From contig NC_087436.1 of NCBI RefSeq assembly GCF_036321535.1, positions 52,020,001 through 52,084,000 of the forward strand: a stretch of 64,000 bases of DNA. Reading direction: 5' to 3'. The translations under genes were made by a program, and so were the position numbers. Shown here piece by piece: positions 11,538 to 26,294 of this stretch. Within the stretch, counting starts at the first letter, position 1. Every line of letters starts with the position of its first letter. Source of the stretch: Camelus dromedarius (lineage: Eukaryota). Under the pieces are notes generated by a model, which ran no database searches, had not been told where the DNA came from, and saw only the letters and a list, made by a program, of their open reading frames with translations.

Positions 11538-14500
11538 AACTGCTTTTTGCTGGACGTGTCTTGTATCTTACATTCGTATTGATCTGTTAGTACTTAGACA
11601 TTTAATCATGATTATTTCTTGAGTGGGGATTTAAGGCAAAGAATGATTTTTAAATGATGTAGAAATAAAAATACTGTTTCTAGCCTGCCGATTGTGAATT
11701 CTGCACATGTAACTTTAACAAAAGTACTTACAGGGCTGCCTAAATGATTCACCATCATGCCCATTCACTTGGATAGTGAAAAACTTATGAAATTGAAGCT
11801 TTGGGGGGGTTTGGGGGGACTCATAACCCAAAGTCATGTACCATGGGAATTATGTTGCTTTGTTTGTCATTCTGTATGTGCTTAGAATGAGTTAGATAAC
11901 CAAGTTTTTAGCTATTCTTGACAGCAACATTTCACAATAAATATTTCATTTGTGTCTACAAGGAAGAGTTGAATTCCTTCTGATTGGCAGTGATAGTTTG
12001 TCTAGCAGGGACTAACTAGAGAGGGAAGGAAGCCTTTCTCCTCCTGAACTGCTTCTGACCCTCAGGGATGCTGAGAAAGTGTTAGTCTACGAAGTCTCAG
12101 ATGTCTCAAGTTTAAAACAAAGGCTTTTTGCTGATGCATACTTCAAAAGATACATTCATAGCATTCTTACAAGCTCGAAAGTGTTCTTTTTAAAGGAAAC
12201 ATTTGAACTGCTTTCTGAAATTTGAGGGGATAGTGCTTTATGAGCCTTAAAGCACCAAGGTACTATTGTACCGATATGGTATTGTTTTTATTGTTATTCG
12301 GTCAATTTTATATCACAGATAAATTTTATATATGATCCTGTAATCACATCAGAGATTAAAACATTCAGTATTTCAAATGATTTGTCGTAATTGTCTCCTC
12401 TTCCTTTTTCTGTTTTCTATCTGTTGCTCACTTTTGACCGTGTCTGTCCGTTTCACCTTAGGAATGTGGTTCTGTAGTTCCCACCCCACCATCTGGCATC
12501 CATGGTCTCTTTCCTGAAATGAGTACTTTTAAAGATATATTTATTACATGAAGTTTTGAGTTATTTTGTATCACTAGCCAAGGAAAAGATCAAAATTCAA
12601 AATTCAAAGTACAGTTTCTACTGAATGCATTTGCTTTCATATCATGGTAAATTGAAAACTTGTAAGTTGAACCATCGCAACTCAGGGACCATCTTACTTC
12701 TAGTACCACAGAAATTTTATGCAAATTCTGAGTGAACAAGGAGAGACAAAGTCCATTTATTTTTGCATTCATTCAGAAACATTGATTGAATATCTATCAG
12801 ACGACAGGGTACTGGACTAAACTCGCAATGGAACTTGATTGTTAATATTTCTACTTAATTATTTTGATATTTTTGAGTAGTGATGATTGATTGACTCATG
12901 TGAAGAGTGAGATTTGGTGCTACCTGTAAATTTACAAGTAGCATTATAATTCTAGCAATTTATTTCCTCAGTTATTCAAGAATTTTTTTAATGCACAAAA
13001 TATGTGCTGTTTAGGAGTGGAAAAATCTTTAAGACCGGTTCCTTATTGAGGAAGGGTATGCAGTCTGTCGCAGGTTTATTATGAAATCAGACATTTTCCA
13101 TTTGATAGATTAAGAAATGCATATTTGATTTAGAATCAAAATTGACAAGGACGTATTAAGAATAAATGAAACATGAAGATGAAGTTTGAGAAGATACAGT
13201 TGTGGGTGGTATTCATTAAAGCATTCCAATTTTTAAATAGATGTGTGAAGATTATGATTTGAGGAGCACACATTTGAGGTGCTGAGAATTGGGGCCTCCT
13301 GTATGCTTCTGTATTATTCATATGAGTGGGTGGTTCTTAGAAATTGCAGACCAGAGGGAGTGGAGGAGAGCATTTCTGGAACACGGAAAGGCCCAGAGGA
13401 CCTGATGCTTCACTGTTGGGCCCAGGGGGAGTAGGGCGTACAGAGCTAGGACAGGGAGGAATTAAATGCAAACCTAGGGATTTAACTCCTTTCCTTGGCT
13501 CTCTGGAGGCTGACACTGAGGCAAAATATTTCAATCTTTGCTCACTGTGGCACACTGTGGCTATATGCCAAATTCATTGTTTTTTTTTCCAAACGATCAC
13601 TCTTTATGTGGAAGAGTGGTAACGTGGTGATAGCCTTAAATTGCCACTTAGGATTTACATTATTTGATATCATTTGGGGCATAGATTTGCCATTTCATCA
13701 AGATCTTTCAAAGAAAAGAAAGTCTATTCATCTAAAAAAAAAATTGTTCTGATGCCTGTAGGTGTTTGAACCACAGGGGATGGGGACCGTGGGTAGGCAC
13801 GTGGGCACAGAAAATGTGTGGGCATCTACAGCCGGATGACGAACTTGAAAGGAAAAGAGTTGACTTGTGTGTGGGCATGGGTTGAGTTTTTCATATCAAC
13901 TTGTAAGTTTAGGATTAAAGGCAAAGAAGGCACACATCATATTTTGCAGGTTTGCTATTTTTAATGCACAGATTTCCAAAGTTTATGTTTATTAAAGAAT
14001 TTCTAATCAAATACTTCAATTCCAATAGAGGCAAAATCTTTGCCTGTATTTCGTGTATTAGGCCATGGCGTTGAAGATTTCTGAGTGGTAAAGTGTGTCT
14101 TGGGTTAAATAAAGTTTTAGGATCCCTGGATACTCTTCATTTCTAAAGGGTAATTATTGGGTTCACAGGGACCTACTCACTTGGGAAATGAATTCAACTT
14201 GCCTGTAAATGTCTTGTTTGTTTCTTGATTTTTTTTATCTCCTCCTGTGACATTTGTCTCAGAGAAAAAGAAAATATTCAAGGCAAAAAATAAATAAATA
14301 AAAAACCCTCTACTGAAATTTATCCCAGTGAGTAGAATTTTATGCACTACTCTAAGTTTACCATTCCAGAGATTACTACAAATATCATTTGCTGAAAATA
14401 CTGTTGTAATCACTTCATCTAGTCCTGAGATGCAGTATAGCTGGGGCACCTACTGGTGTAACTGGTATGACTGATTATATTTTTAAATTAAAAACAACAG

Positions 14501-16189
14501 TGGAGTAGACCCTTATAAAAAATGCATCTTTGATTACATATTAAAAAATTTAAGTATATAATTTAACTTAAATATTTAAATAAAAACATGTAATAGTTCA
14601 TTTAAATTCTTAGTTTAAACTGAACATTCAGTATCATGTATCTAAACCAGTAAGTGTAATTTTGCTTTTATCACATACTTACATAGAATAATTTGTGACT
14701 GGCCTGACCCCTCCCTGTTAATCACAGGACTTGTGCATGTTAACTTTTTATTTTAACTAAAACATCTGATTTTATTTAAGCTTTTCAGTAATGCTGAAAT
14801 ATTTTGAAACTCTTAAAGCTAAACTTTTTAAAAATAATCTTTCATGTTGAATCATTATTACATAATTCATTATGTAAGCCACTTGCAATTTTTCTAGTAA
14901 TTAAATGAACTAACCAAAATACCAAAATTTCAAAGGAGTTTTGTGGTAGAACAATCCAAGACCTTATGCAGAAGGGATTGTGGACTATGTCCTTGGGTCC
15001 TTAGAGTCAAGAATGCACAGTGGCCAGAAAATAAGAAAAGCTGTACATGGAAAGGATGGCGAGTAGCTTTATAGTAATAAGCATATTTAAAGGAAAATTA
15101 TTTTGAAATTCAGACAATGAAAAGAAGCTCTGACTGTACTGTTAAGGTACTCATTTCCACTAATTATTAATCCCTTGTAGTTGGGAACACTAATTCTTTT
15201 AGTTAACTAGTGTCTTTATTCTTTATTAAAGAATTTCACATTTCAGATTTAGGTTCAAAAAGTAGTGTATAATATATGTTTTGTAAGCCAGAGAGGGGGA
15301 AATTGCTTATTTTAATAAATGTTTTGAGTACCACAGTGCCCTTTTATTAGCACTTTGGGGATGTTACATAAAATACCATTGTGCTATATTTGCATGTAAC
15401 ATTCAGGAGAACTAAACGAGGTATTCAGTTTGCTGGTGAAATGATCAGTACACATACTGTGTCTAGTAACTGAATACATTTTAAGGCTCAGGATCTGTGT
15501 GGTAGTATTCGGGGGAAGAGTAAAGAGATCTCTGCTAAGAGATCATCATAGCAGTAGAAAAAAACACCACCAGTAAATTAATAAATTGAAGTTTTATTTA
15601 TAGACCTACCGTGAAGAATTTTTTTAGCTTAAGTGGGTCCGGATGTTTCTGTTTATAAGGTTAATATTCAACCGCACTTGAGACAGGCAAGCGTATTTTA
15701 ATTTGACAGGCATTCATGTCTATAATGAAAGCCAGAGTCTTTTAAACAAACCAGTGATGAGAATCCACAGGAGGAGCGTAAGCAGAACCCTAATAAATAC
15801 CTTTCTACAGTTTTTCTTAGAGGCTTAGCTGTGGTTAATTGTTAAGCAATCTTTCTCACACAACATGTTTTGTATATCTGCACATAGACATTATGTGCAT
15901 GGATAAGCATGTATCGTCATACTGATAATTTTTTTTTAAATCCCGAAGAATATGTCACACCTAATTGCTTGATATTAGAGCTTGAAGAAAATTTAGTGGA
16001 CAGTCACTAGTATTTCCTTTTGTGTATTGTGTCACTCTCATCAGAAGTAGGATCAGATTCCACATATTCTAATTACTGATGAGAGAACTAGTTTTGTATA
16101 TTGTAGCTGGAATACTGTACCTTGTAGCTCACGTACTCTGGTGTTCATTACTTATCTTCAAGACAGAGCCTCATCTTCCAGAGTCACTT

Positions 16190-16385
16190 GGGATTCACAG
16201 ATACTACCATATATAAAATAGGATAAATAGCAAGGATCTACTCTATTGCACAGGGAATCATATTCAGTTTCTTATAATAAGCTACAATGGAAAAGATTCT
16301 TAAAATATGGATATATGTATAACTGAATCGCTCTGCTGTACACCTGAAACTAACATTGTAAATCAACACTTCAATAAAAAGTAAA
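16190..16385 (+). mobile_element. L1 3' terminal fragment (artiodactyl-type 3' UTR)
   Basis: ...gcacagggaatcatattcag...tataactgaatcgctctgctgtacacctgaaactaacattgtaaatcaac...AATAAA (16373-16378), typical L1 3' end. Confidence 0.85.
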
Positions 16386-17163
16386 ATTCTTAAAAAGGCA
16401 CAAAACTACAATGGTTTACCTTTCAGTGATCAAAAAAAAAATTAGGTGTTTTTATAGACTTTAGACAAAAGAAACGTGTGACTGCATCTAAGAGTTTCTA
16501 GGAACCCCCGCATAACCTTAAAACAGATAAAGATAGATAAAACCTTTTTTTCTTACTGTTTACGTTGTCTCTCATTCTCTTTAAAGTTTGTTCTTAGGTT
16601 TTTCAGTTTAACGCTTTTCCATCTGTCTTAAGCAAAAACGTTAATAGTTATACCACATGGTCAGCTCGTCAGAGCCTGGGCTGCCTGTGCTTGTTTCCTT
16701 TCGCTCACTTCTCGCCAGCCCTTGTCACTGCCTAGTGTGAACACAGTGCACAGTCGGTTCTTCATGGGTGCTTGATGACTGACTGACTAATTGATAAGGT
16801 CAGATTGGAACAGTAGTTGGTGACATAAACAAATGTCCAGGAGGGAATAGATGGAGTGCCAGTCTGTGGGGGCCAGGCCAGGATGTGTCTTAAGTTGTCT
16901 GATATTTCATATCCTTAAGCTGTTCTCTTAACGTGCGGACATAAGCACCTTAGACAGCCCTTGTGGCGACAGCAGCCACACAAAACATGGGACAAGAGTT
17001 GTTCCCGTGCACATTCTGATTACAGAGAGGGATGAAACATACGTGTCTGGACTTGCAGAGACATTGCATCTGCTGCAGTGGATTGACATTGTGGAACATG
17101 TTTTGAGGGGCAGAATTAAACTGCCTGGCATTTTGTATGTCTTTACTTATGGTATAGACCGAT

Positions 17164-17330
17164 CAGTGAATCTCAATCCGGACTTCACATTAGTATACCC
17201 TGGGTTTCTTTAAAGAAACATGCCACTGCTCTGGCCCTGCCCGAGACCAGTTAAATCAGGAACTCTAGAGACTGAGCCTGGGCATCATTCATTTTTAAAA
17301 GCAATTCCAATGTGCAAGCAGTTTTGAGAT
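17164..17330. mobile_element. MER5B-like MITE
   Basis: cagtgaatctcaatcc...cacattagtataccctggg...ttaaatcaggaactct...tttttaaaagc...aatgtgcaagc. Confidence 0.6.
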
Positions 17331-17420
17331 AGTTTGAAGTTTTACAAAGTTGGAAGAAAAGAGAGATGAAAAAATATAATTTCTACTCACCCTGTCCTCA
17401 TTTATTTGTTGAGAAGGATG

Positions 17421-17735
17421 CATTACTGCCCAATAATAAGGTAATACAAGCCATTTGTGCAATTTTGCAATTTTACGTATTCTAATAGTGGTATTAAAAA
17501 ATGAAAAGAGGAATAGTTAGAATTAGTTGTAGTAGTTATCCTAAATCTTATTATTTCAGCATGTAATCAATATAAAAATGTTAATGAGATATTTTACATT
17601 TTCCCCTTGTATCAAATGTTCTAAATCCAGGGCCTACTGTAGCTTGTAGCTTTGCAGCATAGCTGAGTTTGGACTAGCCACTTTTCAAGTGCTTAGCCAC
17701 CATGTGTGGCCAGTCCACTCCACGTCGACAGAATG
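17421..17735 (+). mobile_element. MER33 hAT-Charlie element
   Basis: atttcagcatgtaatcaatataaaaatgttaatgagatattttacatt...tttggactagccacttttcaagtgct...catgtgtggccagt. Confidence 0.8.
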
Positions 17736-20700
17736 AATCAGGAGGGTGAAGTGCTGGGAGGGAAACCCTGAGATCTGAACATCGTGCTGGTTTTGCTACT
17801 GACTAATCCTGTGACCTTGGACGATTCACTCATCCTCTCTCTGGACTTCAGTTTCCTCTTGTTTACTATAGGAGGGGTCAGGAGTCAGTCTAAATTGGAA
17901 GTTTTCTAGTTTTGCCTCAGAGAGCCCCAGGATTTTGTGAGCATACCTCAACAGCCAGTAGGGGAAAAGAGAAAACGGAAGCCGCTTAGGCTCTTTTTTC
18001 CTTTCCTTATTTGCATTTCCAGGTGTCATTTTGTTTGAGGAAAGAAACAAAAAAAAAAAAAAAAAAAAATTAAAAGCCAAACAAAGGTTTGAAACAATCA
18101 CTTTTAAATTGATGGTTCTCTCTCATCAGCATTTGCAAAACTGCTCCAGGAAGAGGCTGGGCAGCTGGTGTCCTGCTTTGCCTTTCAGGGAAGGTATCAC
18201 CATGACAATGACTCTGGAATACTTCCTATCAAGTAGTAGGAATCCTTTGAGTAGTGACTGCATTGGCTCAGAGCTGAAAAATAGAAAGTTCAGCTCGGGT
18301 ACCTAGGTCTACCCCAGAGCGATAACAGATCAATTACGGCTACTGAGGCACCTGGTGGTTATCTAAAAGTGACCTCTAGCCCAAATCGCAGGAGACCCCT
18401 GACTCTGAGTTGTGGGCCCCTGTAGCCAGCCCGAACCGAGGGTGAGCATTACCCTGGCTACAAGGCTTTACTGACTTGGAATGTCTACTGGTGAATGCCC
18501 AGTTGACAGCAACTTCAATAATTTTTATATAGATCCCAATATTGGGTGCACATGATTTTGGTTCTCAGACTAGTGACCTGTCCCCTATCAGACAGAAGAA
18601 CTCTCTGGTGGCATCAACAAATAGAAAAGAAAGCAAAACATATCCTGTTCATTGGAAATCAATCTTTGCCATGTTTCCATAGTCAGTGATGTAGGGGCAT
18701 GATCCTAGTCCAGTATGTTGTTTGCCTTTAAAGACTTCCTTGGTGGTTTGTGGTAGGAGTCAGTCAAGGACTTACTTATATGTCCCAAATTTTAGCTACT
18801 TTGCTGTTTCATTTGACAAAAAAAAAAAAAAAAAAAAAAATGACGCTGAGTGAGAATTGTGAAGTAGAGAAAGCTGAGAGGGTTTCTGTCTATTTTTAGG
18901 ATGCTTCTAAGAAGTCTATTATAATACCATACTCTTTACTTAACAGGCAATTATGAGAAAATTATTTTGGAAAGAGTCAGCCCAAATATCAATAGTTATT
19001 TCAGAATTTTTATTAGCATCCACCAACTTAATTCTTCCAGTCCTGGCCTGCTCATGTATCAATGAAAGCAACTTGCTGTAATACTCAAAGCCAAGGAGGG
19101 AAGGGAAAATCCAATGTTTTTACATCAAGTGAAGCCACTTATACAATGAGTTAATGAAAGAAATGTCTTCTAAGCACATTGGATTCTTTGATCCAGGTAG
19201 TTTTTGCTCAATATTTGGCACGGATGTGTATGTAGGTCTCTAGGTGAACAGAGAAAGCAAATACATGTGACCTTTGTAAGGCTGATATTTTCTTTATGAA
19301 GCCAAAAGGTGCACAAGTACACAAATATTAGCCCACTCTTATTTTTGCCGCAGAAAACTTCTCTCTGGCTGACAGCATCTCTGTGTTCACTCTTTGGCCT
19401 CATTGCTGCCCATCTTGGTTCCCTGCGGGCTTTGCCATCTGTTTAACTGGTAAAGGGCCCATCTCATCAGTGCCCTTTCCTATCATCTGGTTGGAAACAG
19501 AGCCTCCTGATTGGCCCTTTTGCTCTCTTTTCTCCCTCCTGTTTATTTGGGACCAGCTCCAATACCTCAGAGCAGGCGGCTTTACCTTAGCCCGCTAGCT
19601 ACCTTAGGATTAGCAATTACTGGAAGGTAAAGATCTGCAGCAAAGGGTGGGAGCATCTGTTATGGCAGTGATCTTGGCCTTGGAGAGTCTGGGGACTTGG
19701 AGCAAGTCTAGTTCATGAAGGTGATGCCCTCCCTGGCGTGCTCTCTTTTTGCCTCGCGGCTTCTGAAATGCTTCAGCTCTTTCAAGTTGAACCCTGTGAT
19801 CCCTCCTAAGTTTAACAGGGCCACCTAGTGCATGTGTGACAGAGACCCCCCGCCTGATAATACATCCGTCTCCTTCCCTTCTACGCTTCTATGATTCTTG
19901 CCTGACAGTTTTGCAGAGTCACTTAAATCTTGACAGTTGTCCAATTCATACCTTTGGAACTTACTTGAAAAAAAAAAAAATCAGCTCTTGGCCTTACCCC
20001 AAGTGTCTTTTTGAAGTGTCCCCCTTTCCACCCTCAATGTATCTGAGGGATTTTGAGAAGTCACCAGGTAAGATCTTTTCCAATTTCAAACCATACATAA
20101 AGATCCAGGTAAAGGAATGTGGCCATCGAAATTTTGTTCCCATGTTTTCTTAACCAGCATCTATGTTAGTCAGGCAAGAAAAAGGTGGGAGGGCAAAAAA
20201 CGAAAATGGACAAAATCTTCCCCAAGTGCTTGAAGTCTAATGACCTCCTTTCCTGTTTTTTCACCTCCTCATTTAATTCTTAACTTTATTTTTCTTGTCT
20301 TTTAAAGCTACGCTTTGGAGTTAGGCATTTCATCCTTTATTTTAACATATGCTTTTGTATTATATATCTATTCCATTCTAAGCTGCCCCAAATAATTTTT
20401 GAAAATGAAAGTGGTCTTTCTAAGAAACACCTCTCAGTATTCATTAGAATTTCAATTCCAGAAAGTGATTTACTCATCACTTTTTAATTATTAAGCACTG
20501 TCTTAAGTACTTTCTGGGAAGCAGTGTGGTGTAGCTGTTAACACAAGTATTCTGGCATCAGAGTTTACACTTGATGGGTCTGCGTATAAATCACTGGGTG
20601 ATTATCTTGGGCAAGGAGCTTAATATTTTTGAGTATCAAGTTTCTCCCCAGCAGTAATGTTATAGGGACTCAATAAGTTTATATATAAACACTTGTATGC

Positions 20701-20819
20701 CTTACTCATCTTACCGCTTTATTGTTGTGTCTGACTTTCTTACCCAAACAATGCCTGGCATAAAATAAACACTATAAAAGTTAGCTGCTACTATTACTAT
20801 TTACTTCAATTATTATAAC

Positions 20820-20960
20820 AATCCTTAGATAGATATAATCCCCACTTTACAGGTGAGGTAATGGAAGCCAAAGGAGGTTATCTATTTAGCTGGCCCAAGG
20901 TCATGCAGCTGGGGAGTGTGCAGAGCTGAGGTTTGCACCCAGGTTCATCTGGCCACAGAT
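20820..20960 (-). mobile_element. MIR SINE
   Basis: ccccactttacaggtgagg...gcccaaggtcatgcagct...gcagagctgaggtttgcacccagg. Confidence 0.7.
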
Positions 20961-22273
20961 GCCTCATGCGTATCCACCGAGTCTGCCACGGCTGCTTCGT
21001 TTTGGTAGCGTCGTTCAATAGATATGCCTGGATTATTGGGAAAATCAAGCTTGCATCCCTCAGTACCTTCTCATTTCCTGATTTTTCTTTTCTCTTAAGT
21101 AGTTGTAATTTCTCTTGGATAACAGTCTGTGCCATGGGATTGCACAAAATTTCTTGGCATAGGTCTACCATAAATCATTCTTCTTGGAGAGATGCTTTTA
21201 GGCAGTGAGAGGGCTTGGTTTATTCCACAACATCAAGTGTTTTACCTAAGAGAGGAGCCTCAGATAGAGATGTTCTTTTGCACGCGGTGTAATGCTCATG
21301 GTAGATGAAAGTTACATGAAACAATGCTTATGCTGGTTCAAGATACTTTTCATAGATCTGAGTTGTCCAGTAAATGAACCTTCATGTGAAGTAGAGAAAT
21401 AATGAGTTTCCCTCACTGAAGGGGCTTCTTGGCCACGTATCAGAAATTTCACTTTCGCAATGCCGTCTCTGACCGTGGATCTTTGGATGTCCCGGCACCT
21501 TGTGGGAGTTTAGTGAATATCCTCTGGCTGAGTGAGTGAATGGATGTATTCAGAGTCATTAGGAAGGACAGTAGCTACAAAAGAGCTTCTTAGTGTTAAG
21601 GAGGCCTGGGGGCACCAGTGGAAGAGAGAATGGTTGGCTCTCAGTCTGAACAATCAGTTCAGGTTGTCTTTGTGTCCTATTCCTAAACTCCCAGTGCCGC
21701 CTCCTGCTGTTGTGCAGTCCTCTGGCTGTGGAGAGATTCCTTCTGTACATGCGCATGCAAGTCCTGATTTTCTGTTCAATATTCAGTGCATTTTTGCCTC
21801 TTCACTCTCAGTTTCCTGCTCTATCCTTAGTGAATCTGTGAGTTTTCTCAGAGATGTGACTCCCATTGGAGGGCAAATCTAGTCTGGCAGGCCTTTTCCT
21901 ATTTCTCCAATCCCAGTAGACGAGCCTGCTTCTTAGCAGAGAAGCATTTTGCCAGAGTCAAAATGGGGTGGATAGATGGACAGGAATTCTTTCCTTTTGC
22001 TGAACTGTTTATTGCCTCACAGAAACAAATCTCTCTCCTTTTGTGTTATTAACTCAATCGGGAACTTCTAGATGCCCAGGATGGGTACTGGATGAGGAAG
22101 AGCTGTGAATTTCCTTTCAGCAATCACATTCCATCCAGAATCAAGGGAAGAAGGTAGTCTTGAGAGCCCTTGATCACGTCTGAATGTGGGAACTTTGTAA
22201 ATACTCCGATAGGTGGTCAGTGCTAGGGATGGATATTTGGTGGTTGTCATTGAATCATTTGTTGCTGAATTCT

Positions 22274-22516
<243 letters not shown>

Positions 22517-22894
22517 TGAGGATGGAGACTGTCCACTTGGGCCCACAGTTTGTTGTTTTTAACATCGAATCAGAAATCCTAGACACCAGTGAATCTTCAG
22601 ACACCTTCTTCCTTTTATTCTTTTACTGCCAGATCTGTACATTAGGAACTGAAGATTTTATGCCCGTGTAACAATATTTTTACTTTCCTGTGTTAAATAT
22701 TCACATGATGTGATGCTCTAAAAAGTGTTGTGTAACTTAGAGATGATGGAGATATTCCGAAGTAATACTTTAACTAAGAAGCGATACTGTTTGTCAGTTG
22801 AACACTGTCACAAAGAACACAGGATAGTCATTGGGAAAGATCAGACAAAGCATGCGTAGGCTTCCAAGTGGTAGATTGCGTGACTAAGTTAAAG

Positions 22895-23082
22895 CAGTGG
22901 TTTTCAGAGCGTCATCCCAGACTAGCATCACCTTCATCACCACCTGGAAGCTTGTTAAAAGGTCCTTTCTCAGCCCCTAGCCCAGCACTACCGAATCAGA
23001 TTCTCTGGGGGTGAAGCCCAGCAATCTGCTTTATCAAGTCCTCTAGGTGATTGTGATGCACATTAAAGTTTGAGAACCACTG
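22895..23082 (+). mobile_element. MER5A hAT-Charlie MITE
   Basis: Terminal inverted repeats CAGTGGTTTTCA...TGAGAACCACTG, 188 bp, internal gaatcagattctctgggggtgaagcccagcaatctg. Confidence 0.85.
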
Positions 23083-26000
23083 AACTGCAGGAAGAAGACC
23101 AAATCTCTCTCCTTCCTATAGCATTTTGTGCCTAGAATATATGTCTTTCCTTCCTGAGTGTTTTTGTTCTGTTACTTCTTAAGGGCAGATACATATTTGG
23201 CATAAATGGAACTTCTCTTAGACCGTAAACATTAAATCGTGTCAAAAAGTTTTGTATGTTATAGAAGGTCAAATAGTAGGGGCTTTTCATCTACATTTTG
23301 GGACGTTTTCTGAACTTGCAGTTTTTTATTTCTAGAGAAGCTTAAAAAACATTTATTTTTCTCCTTAATTATTATCATTCTGGCAAAGGGAAGAAATTTA
23401 GACATAGAATATTGTCTTTTTCAAAATGAAGAGGGCATTTAAAATATTTCATGCATACTACTGATTGCTTCTTTCTTTCAAATCTTCATGTACTCACAAT
23501 ATTACTGGCCTTCAAATATATTTTTGATGGTGACTGTTAGAAGCAAGAAAAGCCCTCTTGAATATCAGACTAGACCTTGCTTGATTAAAATGTCCCTAAT
23601 GGTTCCTATTCCAAAGAAACTGACGTTATTTACGTTCTGGTTTTGGTTGGCAATGCTATTTTTCTTGTTTGTAACTCATAAAAATAATGATTGTGTTTGG
23701 GGCCAGGCAACAGGAAAAAATGGCTCCAATGGTGTTAAGTCAGCATTGGACCAGTGGTGACTAAGTCAAGCTACACACTTACCCTGTGTGTATCACTATG
23801 AACCCCATTTTCCATGTATTTAAATGGAGTCATGCATTATTTATCTTCTACTCAAAGATACTGTGAAAATGTAAGGACAAAACAAATGTGTACATGCCTT
23901 GCTTTCTTAGATATTAAAATATTACAGTTTTTTAATATCTAAATATGAGCTTGAAATCCATCAGCAAAGAAACTACTTTAAAAGATTGACTGTAAATCCC
24001 ACCTATAAATAAATAGTAAAATAGTAGCTTTAAATGATATCTATATCATTAAGCTTGTTTAGTTTTGGTAAGAATGACTGGCTTGATATTTTATTATGCT
24101 GTTCTATTATATCATAATGTGACATGATATATAAATATGATGTGTTATGATATTTTTTCCATTTCTGTGACTGCCAATGAAGAACTCATGTTAAACTTAC
24201 TAATGAGCCCCGTAGGTGTTCATGGAGATGATAATTACAACTAAAAGGAGACATGCACAATAGACACTTAGAGGAATGTGCTTTCTGGGGTGCGGCCGGC
24301 TCTTCCGTTTGATGAGGCTCTGTCCTGGACGGACGCACAGGGGAGATTCTGGAAGAGTCAGATCCATGATGCTTTATCCCCGAAACTTTCTGGAGCCTGT
24401 AGACTCATCGCCCTCATATCCAGGAGCGGTTGCTAGAAAAAGTTAGATTTTTCTAGTGAGATTCCTGCTAATGCTTCGGCAAATCTCAGAATATAGATAT
24501 GAAGAGACTTTGGAAATCAGGACTCAGTTATGTATAGCTTTCCCTGGGGGAGAAACAACAACAACAGAGCCCTTTAGATGGTGGCAGAAGCAGCTGTGGG
24601 GACACACAGGCTGCAGAGCGCTCCTGAAATAGAGCCCAGGCAGGGAAAGCTGTCCTCTAAAGGGCTGGTCATGTTTCTTAGGAAGGCAAAGTCCTAGAGC
24701 CTCCAGAAGATTCCATCGCAGAGATCTCTTTCCCCTTTTTCTGGAACTATAAAAATACGGAATGTAAGTGGCGGAGGGTAATTTATTTTAACATTTGGAT
24801 AAAAGAGGGGAAAGCCTTTTGCATATAATTCACCCGAAAGCTAAATTCATAGCCTCGTCTTCCAGCCACTGAGCTTTCAGGCAAAAGCTGAAACACAGAG
24901 GACTGCAAAATACAAGCAGAGCACATGGACTGGAGAAAATCACAATCTCCTTGTATTTCAAGATACTTCTTCTAACTTATGAGTAACATTTTATGAATAT
25001 GACTGTGTTGAGATTTTATTTCATCTGGATGGCTGAACCAGCAGTGTAATATTTATTTTTAAATGTAGAATATTTGTTATTTGGGTAACTGAATCAATAA
25101 AGTTATATTTTATTAGCACTAGGCTATGCAAGAAAAGGCATGATTTACATACAGAGCTTCAGGGTACAGCATTCTTTATATAGTCCGGAATTCAACATTT
25201 AAGAAAAATGGAGAACTTAAACAGTTCAGAGGAGAAGGAAGAAAAGAAGTAGAAGAGGAGAGGGGTAAGAAGGAAAATAATAGAGTTACAAATGGAAACC
25301 CATGAAAAAATATTAAAGGGAAAGAAGCAAGGGCTTTTAATTTAGCAGGAAAAAAATAGCCTGAAGCCTGTCTGTATGGAGATTTTCAAGTGGTATTAGA
25401 AATAGCCTCTCACCTGCGTGTGGCAGATTCCTAAAAATGTAAGGCAAGTGGTCTGGGTAGAAACTGACTGGTAACTTCTGGTCTGGAATTCAGCTTTAAG
25501 TGTAGCAGGTCTGTAAACTCACAAAACCAAACAAATGGCAAATATTTTTTAATTATGTTCAAAAGCCACTCCCCAGCTTTCCCTCCACTTTTCTTCTGTC
25601 CTACTTTTGATTAATAAAAATGTTTCACTCTCAAATGTTTCGAGAGGAGTTGTGCTAATGCCTGTGCCATGGTTCCCTCCCATTTAAAGAAAAATCTAGA
25701 AATTAGTGTCTTGGTTATTTGAAATCTGGACATTATTTCATTCCTTCAGCAGTTCTCTTTAATGTTTAAATTTACAAAGCTGCCCAACTCTCCTTCTCTC
25801 CTCTCCCTCAAGTGTTTTTAAAGCAGTAAAAGGTTTATGTTCATTTAGGATTTTTTCCCTTAAAATTCTGTACTTTTTATTTTGGAGAAGAAGGATCAGG
25901 AAACTGTCCAGTCCCAACCTGGCTCCCTTCCTGTGTCCTTCTGGGGAAGGAGTTAAAGCTCTGTGTACCTTGCCCTTCTGGAGCATGGATTTAGGGAAGC

Positions 26001-26294
26001 CAGTAACCATCTCCATGGGAGTAGAAGTGAGGATTAGCTGTGGGTCCCCAGTCAAAACAAGTGAGGTATGAGTTACGTTCTGCTCTTTTCTCTAAATTAA
26101 CTTTCCTGATTAGAATGGTAGCTGTTTCAGAGATTTAATTTGAAGAATGTGTTTCTGTATTGGAGGCATTTCATAAAGGAAAGCATCTTCCCTTTTGGAC
26201 TCTTTTTTGAAACTTGAGTTTAATTTATCTTTGTTTCCTTGCAAGCATACAGGTGGAATGTTAAAAAATGTGGCCAGATAGCTGGGTAGCAACT

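Noticed and set aside
18890..18899. Perfect MEF2 site CTATTTTTAG
   Set aside because: A few are expected by chance in AT-rich 64 kb; another copy lies inside an L1.
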